A DNA stretch of 32,000 bases, from contig JAKSVZ010000001.1 in assembly GCA_024407725.1 (NCBI GenBank), forward strand, positions 1 through 32,000, written 5' to 3'. Source of the DNA: Opitutales bacterium (GTDB taxonomy: Bacteria; Verrucomicrobiota; Verrucomicrobiia; Opitutales; UBA9783). Positions 16,885 to 28,100 of the stretch are shown one piece after another. Position 1 is the first letter of the stretch. Each line of letters starts with the position of its first letter. A program made the translations under genes and the position numbers. Below the pieces are notes generated by a model that saw only the letters and a program-made list of their open reading frames with translations, ran no database searches and was not told where the DNA came from.

Positions 16885-17523
16885 TTATTTAGTGACGCTT
16901 TTAGCCTTACGAATCATTACCCAATTCCCATTGGCACCAGGAATGCTTCCTCTAACTACTAAAATACGTTTTTCAGGCATCAACCCAACGATCGATAAAT
17001 TATGAACCGTAATGCGAGTTGATCCCATATGTCCTGGCATCTTTTGATTCTTAATAACATGTCCCATACGACGGAAGTGACCATAAGATCCTCCACGACG
17101 GTGCGACATAGAACCGTGGGTTGCACGACCTCCACCGAAATCAAAACGCCGTACGACTCCTTGAAAACCCTTACCTTTACTTTGGGCAACCACATCTACC
17201 AATTGCCCGACTTGGAACAAATCCAAGGACAAGGCATTACCAATCGTAAAATTGCTGGTTTCATCGGTAGTAAATTCGCAAAAATGTCCGAATTTATCCT
17301 GAATGTTAGCCTTAGCTAAATGACCCTCAATCGGTTTTGTAATATGGTTTTGCTCAAAATAAGCAAACTGTACCGCGTTATAACCATCATGATCAACGGT
17401 TTTTATCTGGCTTACAACACAGGGTTCTACTTCAATAGCCGTAACAGGCATGATATGATTATCCGCATCAAACATCTGCGTCATCCCAACTTTTTTTCCA
17501 ACAACTATCAGCCTATCTTGCAT
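16885..17523 (-). CDS. rplC: 50S ribosomal protein L3
   Basis: 'VGKKVGMTQMFD', 'SKGKGFQGVVRRFDFGGGRATHGS.SHRR.GS.G'. Confidence 0.97.
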   Translation of the reverse strand: MQDRLIVVGKKVGMTQMFDADNHIMPVTAIEVEPCVVSQIKTVDHDGYNAVQFAYFEQNHITKPIEGHLAKANIQDKFGHFCEFTTDETSNFTIGNALSLDLFQVGQLVDVVAQSKGKGFQGVVRRFDFGGGRATHGSMSHRRGGSYGHFRRMGHVIKNQKMPGHMGSTRITVHNLSIVGLMPEKRILVVRGSIPGANGNWVMIRKAKSVTK

Positions 17524-17587
17524 ATTCCTGAACTATAAACTTAATCAATTTCGTTCTTATTATTTGTGCAACGTATCAATAAAAATC

Positions 17588-17899
17588 CTACACGTCAATC
17601 GCAATATCTATACCTGCCGACAAATTTAGCCGTTTTAGGTTTTCAATCGTTTGAACATTGGCTTCCTCAACCACAATCAGACGCGTATGGGTACGCAATT
17701 CAAATTGATCCATAGATTTCTTATCTACGTGAGGGGAACGATTGACGGTAAAACGTTCAATCTGAGTTGGCATAGGAATCGGTCCGCATACACGAGCACC
17801 TGAACCTTTTGCTGTATTTACAATTTCCGCTGCTGATTGATCCACAATGCGGTAATCAAACCCTTTTAATTTAATCTTTATGTTTGACCCTTGTGACAT
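17588..17899 (-). CDS. rpsJ: 30S ribosomal protein S10
   Basis: '[39 protein letters not shown]...[26 protein letters not shown]'. Confidence 0.98.
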   Translation of the reverse strand: MSQGSNIKIKLKGFDYRIVDQSAAEIVNTAKGSGARVCGPIPMPTQIERFTVNRSPHVDKKSMDQFELRTHTRLIVVEEANVQTIENLKRLNLSAGIDIAIDV

Positions 17900-17919
17900 G
17901 TTTCTAACCTTACTATTTT

Positions 17920-20085
17920 TTACGAACGAGCTGGCGCTTTCGAACGTGTTTCAACAATCTTACTTAATAAATTGTTCGGAACTTGTTCAAAGTGCGATGG
18001 TTTCATCGAATAAGAAGCTCTTCCTTTTGTCAAGGATCTAATATCGGTTGCGTATCCAAACATCATTTCTAATGGGACATTGGCTGTAATCAATACTACA
18101 CCCTTTTGGGTTTCAGACTTTTGAATCTGACCCCGACGACGATTGATATCCCCCATTACATCCCCTAAATATTCTTCAGGAGTGGTAACTTCTACCTCCA
18201 TAATAGGTTCTAGCAAAATAGGCTTGGCTTGCTTCATTGCTTCTTTGAACGCAAAGATACCGGCCATTTTAAACGCTAATTCAGAGGAGTCTACTTCGTG
18301 GAAGCTACCATCAACGATATGAATGCAGCAATCCACTACAGGATAACCGGCGACCACACCATTCTGAGCTCCTTCGCGTAAACCTTCCTCAGTAGGTTTA
18401 ATAAATTCCTTCGGAATAACTCCACCCACGATTTCGTTCAAAATCACGATTCCAGAACCACGTTCTGCAGGTTCCATCTTAATAATCGCATGACCATACT
18501 GACCATGACCTCCCGTCTGACGGATGAACTTTCCTTCTCCTTCAGATGCCGTCGTAATCGTTTCACGATAAGCAATTTGGGGACGTCCTACATCAGCTTC
18601 AACTTTAAATTCACGAATCAAACGGTCGCGAATAATATCCAAGTGCAATTCACCCATTCCGGAAATCAAGGTTTGTCCTGTTTCCTGATCGGATGTAACA
18701 CGGAACGTAGGATCTTCTTCAGACAATGCCTGTAGTCCCTTAGACAGCTTTTCTTGATCAGCTTTGGACTTAGGCTCAATCGACATACTGATAACGGGTT
18801 CTGGGAATGTCGGCGGCTCCAAACTTACATCCATCGATTCGCCACAGAACGTATCTCCTGTTACCGCGTTGCGTGGACCAATGAGGGCGCAAATATCTCC
18901 AGCATGAGCTGCTTCGATATCGATACGATCATTTGCTTTCATCAAGACCAACCGGCTAACGCGCTCGGTCTTACGGGTACGCGGATTACGCAACACCATA
19001 CCCTTTGAAATTGTACCGGAATACACCCTAAAGAACACCAATTTACCGATGTAAGGATCGGTCATCAATTTGAACACCAACCCAACCGGTTCATGGGAAT
19101 CATCAGCAGTAATGCTAACTTTCTCCCCATCCTGTTCGGTTTCAATCGCTGGCAAATCAGCTGGACTTGGCAAATAATCAACGATAGAATCCAAAACCAT
19201 CTGAATTCCTTTGTTCTTAAACGAACTTCCAGGAATCGCGCCAATAAAGCTAGATTTTAACGTTCCTTCACGAACTGCTGCTCTTAAATCATTCGCTTCA
19301 ATCGGTTTACCCTCTAAATACAGTTCTGCAATTTTATCACTTACATCACTCAGGGCTTCAATCAATTCTGTACGATAATGCTCAGCCGTTTCCTTCATTT
19401 CAGCAGGAATTTCGGTCACTTCAAAGGTCATACCTTGAGCATCTTTGTAAATATAAGCTTTTTCTTCGATCAAATCGATCAAACCGCTGAATTGCTCTTC
19501 ACTGCCGATATTTAAAAACAAAGGATGTACATTTGCGCCCAAGCGGGTACGAATACTCTCTAAAGCTGCCAAATAATCAGCTCCCGTACGATCCATCTTG
19601 TTGATGTAAACAATACGCGGAATATTGTACTTATCCATTTGACGCCAAACAGTTTCGGATTGCGGCTGTACACCGGCAACTCCACAAAATACAGCAACGG
19701 CGCCATCCAATACACGTAAAGAACGTTCTACTTCAGCTGTAAAATCTACGTGCCCTGGTGTATCGATAATATTAATCGTATGGGGCAAATTTGCGAACAA
19801 ACCACCTTTGTTGGTCCAATTACAGCTAATAGCGGCTGACGTAATGGTAATACCGCGTTCACGTTCCTGTTCCATCCAGTCGGTTGTAGCTGCACCTTCA
19901 TGCACCTCACCAACCTTATGAACCACACCCGAATAAAACAAAATACGTTCTGTGGTAGTTGTTTTTCCAGCATCAATATGAGCCGCAATACCTATATTAC
20001 GTACGTGCTGAATAGGGGTTTTCCGCTTAGAACTACTCTTATTCCCTGCCGAAGCAGAATTATTAGCGCTGGGATCTAAATCCAT
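17920..20085 (-). CDS. fusA: translation elongation factor G (721 aa; ~20-aa S/N-rich N-terminal extension)
   Basis: G-domain motifs 'AHIDAGKTT', 'DTPGHVDF' and 'NKMD' are present and domains II-V are recognisable. The gene follows rpsG. There is no in-frame alternative start between M1 and the G1 motif. Confidence 0.98.
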   Translation of the reverse strand: MDLDPSANNSASAGNKSSSKRKTPIQHVRNIGIAAHIDAGKTTTTERILFYSGVVHKVGEVHEGAATTDWMEQERERGITITSAAISCNWTNKGGLFANLPHTINIIDTPGHVDFTAEVERSLRVLDGAVAVFCGVAGVQPQSETVWRQMDKYNIPRIVYINKMDRTGADYLAALESIRTRLGANVHPLFLNIGSEEQFSGLIDLIEEKAYIYKDAQGMTFEVTEIPAEMKETAEHYRTELIEALSDVSDKIAELYLEGKPIEANDLRAAVREGTLKSSFIGAIPGSSFKNKGIQMVLDSIVDYLPSPADLPAIETEQDGEKVSITADDSHEPVGLVFKLMTDPYIGKLVFFRVYSGTISKGMVLRNPRTRKTERVSRLVLMKANDRIDIEAAHAGDICALIGPRNAVTGDTFCGESMDVSLEPPTFPEPVISMSIEPKSKADQEKLSKGLQALSEEDPTFRVTSDQETGQTLISGMGELHLDIIRDRLIREFKVEADVGRPQIAYRETITTASEGEGKFIRQTGGHGQYGHAIIKMEPAERGSGIVILNEIVGGVIPKEFIKPTEEGLREGAQNGVVAGYPVVDCCIHIVDGSFHEVDSSELAFKMAGIFAFKEAMKQAKPILLEPIMEVEVTTPEEYLGDVMGDINRRRGQIQKSETQKGVVLITANVPLEMMFGYATDIRSLTKGRASYSMKPSHFEQVPNNLLSKIVETRSKAPARS

Positions 20086-20100
20086 AGGGATATTCTTAAA

Positions 20101-20568
20101 TTATTTAAAAAATGCAAACGCGCGATTTGACTGTGCAATTCGATGCATTTCATCGCGTTTCTTAACTACTTCACCGACGTTGTTGTAAGCATCAACTAAT
20201 TCGTCCGCTAAGCCTTCAATCATACGACCTGAACGCTTATTGGCCGCCGAAATAATCCAGCGAAATGCTAATCCAACCTGACGGGCATAAGGAATTTCAA
20301 CCGGCATCTGATAATTGGCTCCACCAACACGACGGTTTTTAACTTCTAATTTTGGACGAACATTGTCCAAAGCGGTTGAGAAAATCTCAGCTGGGTCTTC
20401 CTTATTCAATTTTTTACAAACCTGATCAATAGCACCGTATACGATACGACGCGCCAATGATTTTTTACCACAACGCATCACACGATTGGTCAATTGCTCA
20501 ATCAATACATTGTTATAACGAGGATCACCGCTAACAGGCTTCCGTACTGCTCTTCTACGACGTGACAT
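20101..20568 (-). CDS. rpsG: 30S ribosomal protein S7
   Basis: 'MSRRRRA.......D.RY....ν..L.N..M..GKKS.A..IVY.A' pattern, then 'PKLEVKNRRVGGANYQ.PVE' and 'MIEGLADELVDAYNN.G..VKKR...H..A..NRAFA'. Confidence 0.98.
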   Translation of the reverse strand: MSRRRRAVRKPVSGDPRYNNVLIEQLTNRVMRCGKKSLARRIVYGAIDQVCKKLNKEDPAEIFSTALDNVRPKLEVKNRRVGGANYQMPVEIPYARQVGLAFRWIISAANKRSGRMIEGLADELVDAYNNVGEVVKKRDEMHRIAQSNRAFAFFK

Positions 20569-20574
20569 ACTTAA

Positions 20575-20952
20575 TTATTTACCTTTAGGACGAGGAACTC
20601 CATATTTCGACCGACTGCGTCTACGTTTCTCAACACCTTGAGTATCTAACGTACCACGCACTATATGATATCGAACACCGGGAAGATCTGGAACTGCTCC
20701 TCCACGAACTAAAACAATGCTATGCTCTTGAAGATTATGGCCTTCATCTGGAATATAAGCAATCAACTCATATCCATTGGTTAACCGAACCTTCGCTACC
20801 TTACGTACAGCCGAATTAGGTTTTTTAGGCGTACGGGTCATAACCTGAATACATACACCACGTCTAAACGGATTTCCTCTTAACAAAGGAGCCGAAGATT
20901 TAACACGTGTCTTGGTACGTATTCCTTTTACTATTTGAGAAATTGTAGGCAT
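20575..20952 (-). CDS. rpsL: 30S ribosomal protein S12
   Basis: 'MPTISQIV', '[31 protein letters not shown]', '[31 protein letters not shown]'. Confidence 0.98.
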   Translation of the reverse strand: MPTISQIVKGIRTKTRVKSSAPLLRGNPFRRGVCIQVMTRTPKKPNSAVRKVAKVRLTNGYELIAYIPDEGHNLQEHSIVLVRGGAVPDLPGVRYHIVRGTLDTQGVEKRRRSRSKYGVPRPKGK

Positions 20953-21030
20953 CTTAATTTTTAATAATTAAACTTTCTAATAGGCACAAAACTGGATTGC
21001 AAGTCTTTTTTGAAAAATACCTTTCATTTT

Positions 21031-24000
21031 TTACGCTTCTGCTGCAACCGCATCAGGAATTTCATGAATTCGCATAGAACGGTACTTGTTTAAACCTGTT
21101 CCTGCAGGAATCAAATTACCTGTAATAACGTTCTCTTTAAAGCCGCTCAAATTATCACGGCGGCTCATAATAGCAGCTTCGGTTAAGATACGCGTAGTTT
21201 CTTGGAACGAAGCAGCTGATATAAAGCCTTCATTATTAAGAGCGCTCTTGGTAATACCCAACAGAACCGGTTCACTCTTAGCAGGATTACCTCCCATTTG
21301 GATAATAGAGGCATTGGTTTCGTCAAACGCGCAACGTTCAACCAAATCTCCCAATAAGAATTCTGTATCTCCTACATCCGTAATGCATACCTTGCTAAAC
21401 ATAAAGGCGATAACAATCTCCAAATGTTTATCATTAATGCTTACGCCCTGTAAGTGGTACACCTTTTGAATTTCGTTCAACAAGTATTCTTGCGTCGCCT
21501 GAACTCCCAAAATGGATAACATTTCATGAGGATCAATAGCGCCATCGGTTAAACATTGTCCTTTTTCAACAAAGTCGCCTTCTTGAACAAAGAGCTGTTT
21601 GCTGTAAGGAATCAAATGCGTTTCAACCGCTTGAGTCGTTGGATTCGTAATCAACAAACGTTTTTTGTTACGCACTACCCCATCGAACGATACCATACCT
21701 TCCGAACGCGCCATAATGGCTGCATTTTCAGGCGTACGTATTTCAAAGAGTTCCGTAATACGAGGCAAACCACCGGTAATATCCTGAGTTTTGATGGATA
21801 AACGTGGGGTTTTAGCAATGAACGCCCCTAATACCAACCGATCGCCATCGTTAACCATCAACTGGCTACCGACCGGAATAGGATAATTGCCCAACAAGGT
21901 ACCCTGTTTATCTACGATCTCAATCGAAGGATTCAAATCATCAGGGTGCTCAATAATCACTCGAGCATTTTCCCCTTCCTTCCCATAAGAGAAGGTAATT
22001 CCTTTATAAAGGTCTTTGTAACGTACAATACCGGCTTGATCAGCCAAAATCGGGATATGGTTTGCGTCCCACATGACCAATACGTCTCCGTCCTTAACCA
22101 TATCGCCATCGGCGACCATCAACACAGAACCAGTCTGTACATGGAACGTTTCGAGCTTTGCGCCCTTATCCGATAAGATATGGATAATACCGGTTTTGTT
22201 AATCGCCACCGAAGTGTTTTGGGTACGGATGCAACGAACATCCTCGTACTTTACACGCCCAGCACATTTCGTACGATATTCCGAATTGGTAGCATGGCTT
22301 GCGACACCACCGGAGTGGAAGGTCCACAACGTTAACTGCGTACCTGGTTCACCGATGGATTGTGCAGCAATAATGCCCACAGGTACACCTTCCGCAACCA
22401 AATCATGGGTAGACAAATCGTCTCCATAAGCCTCAGGCGGAATAGCGTAATGATCCATGTGAGTTAAAGGCGATACAATCTTAACCTTATCAATACCCAA
22501 GGATGTAATTTCCTTAGCCTGGGATTCGGTAATCTTATCCCCTTGATGAATAATAACACGCTTTGGATCATTCGGATCGGCAATGTTATCGCAAGCATAA
22601 CGGCCGATAATACGCTCAGCCAAGGATACCATTTCCTCATCACCGTTATAAATCGCTTCCTTGGTAACTCCCTTACTGTAATCAACAGTGTCGCTTGTCT
22701 TATTAACGATGCAGTTCATGGCAACATCAATAAGCTTACGGGTTAAGTATCCTGCATCTGCTGTACGCAAAGCGGTATCTGCCATACCCTTACGAGCACC
22801 GTGCGCTGACGTAAAGTATTCCAGCGGATTCAACCCTTCACGGAAGGAGGACAAAATAGGATATTCAATAATTTCTCCGGAAGGTTTAGCCATCAAACCA
22901 CGCATTCCGCATAGCTGACGTACCTGTTGCTTATTACCACGAGCTCCAGAATCCATCATAACAAACAAAGGATTCAAGGCACCATCCTGATGTTTTTCAA
23001 GGTTTTTAAACACAACACTTGCGACCGCATCAGTTGCTTCTGACCAAACAGAAATCACCCTACTATAACGCTCTTTATCGGTAATAATTCCGCGTTCAAA
23101 TTGCGATTGGATCGTTTTAATTTTCTCCAGATTTTCCTCGATAATGGCCGCTTTTTTATCAGAAATTGCCATATCATCGATACCAATAGACACACCCATG
23201 CGGGTTGCCATGGTAAATCCTAACTTCTTTAACGCATCCAAATGCTTAACAGAACTTTGTGCATCCGTAAACCGATAGCTTTCATTAATCAACTTGGAAA
23301 GTTTATCCTTATTGACCACGTCATTAATGAAACCCATGCCTTTCGGCCAAATTTCATTGAAAATGATACGCCCAATGGTTGTACGGATGTATTTCTCGGA
23401 CGATACCCCAAATGGAGTTTCTTTCTGATAATCCGGATTGGGGATATCTACCCAATCATGCAAAGTCAATATGCGGCACATTTCTAAGCGTTTTGCTTCA
23501 GAAAGATCATTCACCAATGGAACCACCTTATCAGCAGCAGGCTTATCAATAGGCGCAGCCGTTAATACATAATTTCCTAAAACAACGTCCTGAGAAGGCA
23601 TCAAAATCGGTTTACCATTGGCGGGCGAAAAGATGTTATTGGTGGATAGCATCAACAAACGCGCTTCCAATACCGCTTCTGTGGATAACGGTACGTGTAC
23701 ACCCATCTGGTCTCCATCGAAGTCTGCATTAAAACCTCCGCACACTAACGGATGCAACTGAATCGCATCACTTTCAATCAAAAGCGGTTCAAAAGCCTGA
23801 ACAGACAAACGGTGCAAAGTTGGAGCACGGTTTAACAAAATAGGATGCTCGCGCACCACTTCTGCTAAAATATCCCATACCTCAGGCTGCTCATTTTTGA
23901 TCATTTTGCGAGCAACACGAACCGTACTGGCAAACCCAAGCTCTTTCAGACGACAAATTACAAATGGTTCGAACAAAACCAACGCCATTTTCTTAGGCAA

Positions 24001-25107
24001 TCCGCATTGATTAATCTTGAGCTCCGGTCCGACAACGATTACGGAACGTCCACTGTAGTCAACACGCTTACCCAATAGGTTTTGACGAAAACGACCATTC
24101 TTACCCTTTAACATATCGGTTAACGACTTCAAGGGACGTTTGGTTGAATTGACTGCTGGACGCGTACCACAGCTACCGTTGGCGAACAACGCATCAACGG
24201 CCTCCTGCAACATACGCTTTTCGTTGTAAATAATGATATTCGGGGTTTTTAAGCTTAACAGACCCTTTAAACGGTTATTACGGTTAATAACGCGGCGATA
24301 AAGATCATTTAAGTCGCTGGTTGCAAAGCGCCCACCTTCTAATGGTACCAATGGACGTAAATCAGGCGGTATAACCGGAAGTACATCGAGCACCATCCAA
24401 TCCGGAGAGATTTTAGAATTGGCGAAATTATTCAACAGCATTAAACGATTCGCTAACTTTCTACGAACCTGCTGCGAATTACTATTCGCCATGCTCATGC
24501 GAACAGCTTCAATCTCTTGTTCTAGATTTAGGTCTTTTAAAAGCGTTTTAATAGCGGATCCACCGATATCAGCAACAAATGAATCAAAACCATGTTCGTT
24601 ACGGGCATCATTCAATTCCTGCTCGGACAAAATCTGCTTTTTCTTCAAAGGAGTTACCCCCGGATCGGTTACCACATAGCTTTCGTAATAAGCAATCCGT
24701 TCAACATCCTTCAAGGGTAGCTCTAACAATGCACCGATAGCTTTGAAGAACAAAATATGAACAACAGGAGCGGTAAGCTCAATATGCCCCATGCGTTCAC
24801 GACGAACCGATGCCTGAGTTACCTCAACCCCGCATCGGTCGCAGAACACACCTTTGTACTTAATGCGTTTATACTTTCCGCAGGCGCACTCATAATCAAC
24901 GACAGGACCGAATACCTTTTGGCAAAACAAGCCATCCGGTTCAGGCTTATACGTACGATAGTTAATGGTTTCTGGGCTTCGAACTTCCCCATGCGACCAT
25001 TGGCGAATTACATCAGGCGATGCAATTTTAATACCAATTTCGTTAAACGCTGGTTCTTCTTCAAAACCTAGAACCCCCCGTATCTCCTCGTTATCAGCTT
25101 CTGACAT
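21031..25107 (-). CDS. rpoC: DNA-directed RNA polymerase subunit beta-prime (1358 aa)
   Basis: Zn-binding 'CACGKYKR......FCDRCGVEV' is present, along with the catalytic 'NADFDGDQM' and bridge helix '[27 protein letters not shown]'. The trigger loop region carries a ~190-aa SI3-like insertion before '[13 protein letters not shown]'. Confidence 0.99.
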   Translation of the reverse strand: MSEADNEEIRGVLGFEEEPAFNEIGIKIASPDVIRQWSHGEVRSPETINYRTYKPEPDGLFCQKVFGPVVDYECACGKYKRIKYKGVFCDRCGVEVTQASVRRERMGHIELTAPVVHILFFKAIGALLELPLKDVERIAYYESYVVTDPGVTPLKKKQILSEQELNDARNEHGFDSFVADIGGSAIKTLLKDLNLEQEIEAVRMSMANSNSQQVRRKLANRLMLLNNFANSKISPDWMVLDVLPVIPPDLRPLVPLEGGRFATSDLNDLYRRVINRNNRLKGLLSLKTPNIIIYNEKRMLQEAVDALFANGSCGTRPAVNSTKRPLKSLTDMLKGKNGRFRQNLLGKRVDYSGRSVIVVGPELKINQCGLPKKMALVLFEPFVICRLKELGFASTVRVARKMIKNEQPEVWDILAEVVREHPILLNRAPTLHRLSVQAFEPLLIESDAIQLHPLVCGGFNADFDGDQMGVHVPLSTEAVLEARLLMLSTNNIFSPANGKPILMPSQDVVLGNYVLTAAPIDKPAADKVVPLVNDLSEAKRLEMCRILTLHDWVDIPNPDYQKETPFGVSSEKYIRTTIGRIIFNEIWPKGMGFINDVVNKDKLSKLINESYRFTDAQSSVKHLDALKKLGFTMATRMGVSIGIDDMAISDKKAAIIEENLEKIKTIQSQFERGIITDKERYSRVISVWSEATDAVASVVFKNLEKHQDGALNPLFVMMDSGARGNKQQVRQLCGMRGLMAKPSGEIIEYPILSSFREGLNPLEYFTSAHGARKGMADTALRTADAGYLTRKLIDVAMNCIVNKTSDTVDYSKGVTKEAIYNGDEEMVSLAERIIGRYACDNIADPNDPKRVIIHQGDKITESQAKEITSLGIDKVKIVSPLTHMDHYAIPPEAYGDDLSTHDLVAEGVPVGIIAAQSIGEPGTQLTLWTFHSGGVASHATNSEYRTKCAGRVKYEDVRCIRTQNTSVAINKTGIIHILSDKGAKLETFHVQTGSVLMVADGDMVKDGDVLVMWDANHIPILADQAGIVRYKDLYKGITFSYGKEGENARVIIEHPDDLNPSIEIVDKQGTLLGNYPIPVGSQLMVNDGDRLVLGAFIAKTPRLSIKTQDITGGLPRITELFEIRTPENAAIMARSEGMVSFDGVVRNKKRLLITNPTTQAVETHLIPYSKQLFVQEGDFVEKGQCLTDGAIDPHEMLSILGVQATQEYLLNEIQKVYHLQGVSINDKHLEIVIAFMFSKVCITDVGDTEFLLGDLVERCAFDETNASIIQMGGNPAKSEPVLLGITKSALNNEGFISAASFQETTRILTEAAIMSRRDNLSGFKENVITGNLIPAGTGLNKYRSMRIHEIPDAVAAEA

Positions 25108-25111
25108 CCCA

Positions 25112-28100
25112 TCACTCCTTATTAAAACTTGTTGCTTCTTGTTGAGGCGAAATCAAACGAACATCGAATGCCAAACCTCGCATTTCATTCAATAATACCA
25201 AGAACGATTGCGGCAGGTTTGCATGCAATGAATGCTTACCCTTAACAATAGACTCGTAAAATTGTACGCGTCCTTGAACGTCGTCCGATTTAACCGTAAT
25301 CATTTCTTTCAGTAAATAAGCCGCTCCATAAGCTTCTAGAGCCCAGACTTCCATTTCTCCAAATCGCTGACCTCCGAATTGCGCCTTACCTCCTAAGGGC
25401 TGTTGGGTGATCAAGCTATAAGGACCAACCGCACGAGCGTGAACCTTGTTAGCAACCAAGTGATTCAACTTCAACATGTGCGTATAACCCACCGTAACTT
25501 GTTGATAGAATGGATCACCGGTATAACCATCATACAGGGTTACTTTACCGCTCTCCGGCAACTTCGCCTTCTTTAAGAACTCTTTTATGGATTTCTCTGA
25601 AGCACCATCAAAAACAGGCGTCGTAATACGAATTCCTAACGCTTTACAAGCCCATCCCAAGTGACATTCCAAAATCTGACCTACGTTCATTCGGCTTGGT
25701 ACACCCAACGGATTTAAAATAATATCTACGGGTTTACCATTGGCCAAGAACGGCATATCCTGTTGAGGAACGATACGCGAAACAACACCTTTATTTCCGT
25801 GTCGACCGGCCATTTTATCCCCTACCTGTATCTTGCGTTTAACGGCGATCAATACAGTAACTTTCTTAATGGGACCTTCTTCGGAACCGGTATCTTCTAG
25901 GTGCTTTATTTTGCCTTCATATTCCGACCTTAACTCGTCAAATTTAGCATTAAACGAGGTTAAAATTTCGTCTAATTTTTCCTTAACCGGCGAATCCTCA
26001 ATGGACAAATGATCTTTGTTGGCCGCTAAAGAACGCAGCGCGGTTTTGGTAATTTTCTTATTAGCTTTAACGATGAAATCTCCACTGTCAGCATCCACAA
26101 TATTCAAGGAAATTTTTTCTCCTAAGAATATGTTCGATAATGCTTCTGTTAAGTCATCGCGAGCCGAGGCTACATCCAAGGCGTATTGAGCATCGATTTT
26201 CTTGCGTTTACGATCCAAATCCTTTTCAGTAACTTCTTCCTTTGGATTGACGTTATCTCCGCGGCTAACGCGCACTTCCATAACAATTCCAGTGCACCCC
26301 GGAGGCGCCATCATGGAAGAATCCTTAACATCGGCAGCTTTTTCACCGAAAATGGTACGTAAAAGCTTCTCTTCAGGGGACAATTCCGTCTCCCCTTTCG
26401 GCGTAATTTTACCAACTAAAATATCTCCTGGGCGCACCTCAGAACCAATACAGATGATACCGTTGCGATCCAAACGACTTAACGCTTCCTCGCTTACATT
26501 CGGAATATCGCGCGTAATCTCTTCGGGTCCAAGTTTTGTGTCATTTGCGAGCGTCTCATATTCTTCAATATGAATCGACGTAAATACATCTTCTTTAACG
26601 ATGCGGTCACTCAAGATAATAGCATCTTCGAAATTATACCCATACCACGGCATATATGCGACCATAACGTCCGAGCCCAACGCTAATTCGCCATGATCCA
26701 TTGACATACCATCAGACAAAATTTGTCCTTTGGTCACTTTCTCACCCAAATGGACAATCGGTCGTTGGTTAATGCACGTAGAGGCATTAGACCGCATAAA
26801 CTTGTTCAAATGATAAACGTAAATGCCCTTCTTAGGATCGGTGGTTAATGTCTGACTTTTGGCAGGTAACTTACCATCTGGGGTTACAACAATCCAACCG
26901 CCATCAACCGCTGCTATTTTTCCATCGCTTTCCGCAATAATCACCGAACGTGAATCTTTAGCTACCAAGCTTTCGACCCCAGTTCCTACTAAAGGAGCTT
27001 TCGGGCACAACAAAGGTACCGCTTGACGTTGCATGTTAGCTCCCATCAACGCACGGCTTCCATCATCGTGCTCCAAGAATGGAATCAATGCAGCCGCCAC
27101 CGACACAACCTGTTTTGGCGAAACATCCATGTAGGTCACTTCTTGCGGATCGGCCTCATACACATCAAAATGTTTGCGAGACAATACGGGACCAATCAAC
27201 TTGCCTTTGCTATCAACAGGAGCATTCGCCTGCGCAACAATCTCATGCTTTTCTTGGTCAGCCGTTAAATAATGAACTGTGTCGGTTGGTACCCCTTTCT
27301 TAACCACGCGATAAGGAGTTTCAATAAATCCTAAGGGATTAATACGCGCATAGGTCGTTAACGAATTGATCAAACCGATATTCGCACCTTCAGAGGTTTC
27401 TACCGGACAAATACGGCCATAGTGAGACGTTTGAACGTCACGCACACCCAAACCAGCCCGTTCTCGATTCAATCCCCCCGGTCCTACAGCAGATAAACGA
27501 CGCTTACGGGAGATTTCAGACAAAGGATTAATTTGGTCAATAATCTGCGACAGCTGATTACGCGCGAAAAATTCGTTGATTGCAGCCGCCATAACCTTGG
27601 TATTCATCAAGGTCTGCAAAGAATTATTAAATTGGCTGTAGGACACCATACGTTCCTTCAAAGTATGGCGTAAACGCTCTAAACCCAATCGGCATTGACG
27701 GCCAATCAATTCACCAACCAAACGAACACGGCGATTACTTAGGCAATCGATATCATCAATCACCCCTTCGCCTTTACGTAAATTATAAAGATAACGTATC
27801 GCAGCTACCAAATCCGATGGTTGTAACGTACGTTGCTCGTCTTTTAAACCTAATTTTTCGTTAATGACATAACGACCGGCTTCCAACAAATCGTAATTTT
27901 CAGGAGCAAACAAATAACGGAAGCTTGCGAGCGCATTTTTCCGAACAATCGATTGCCCTGGGCGTACGATTGAAAGGATCGCATAAGCAGCATCCTCAGC
28001 GCTCGTTAACAGGTCGTTCTTTAAGCAACGAACGATAATTCCGCCATCAACCCCGCAATCAATAACTTTGATTTTCTCTATCTTAGCTTCTACAAAATTT

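Noticed and set aside
17524-17587. Promoter or leader in the unusual 64-nt rpsJ-rplC spacer (TTGATA, TTGCAC, TTGATT hexamers)
   Set aside because: No -35/-10 pair has acceptable spacing and I found no convincing stem-loop. The gap is only noted in the array finding.
20953-21030. Promoter for rpsL in the rpoC-rpsL spacer (TTGCAA at 20997-21002, 17-nt spacer, TAGAAA)
   Set aside because: The -10 is poor and the -35 is only 4/6. AT-rich spacers give such matches by chance, so this cannot be supported without TSS data.
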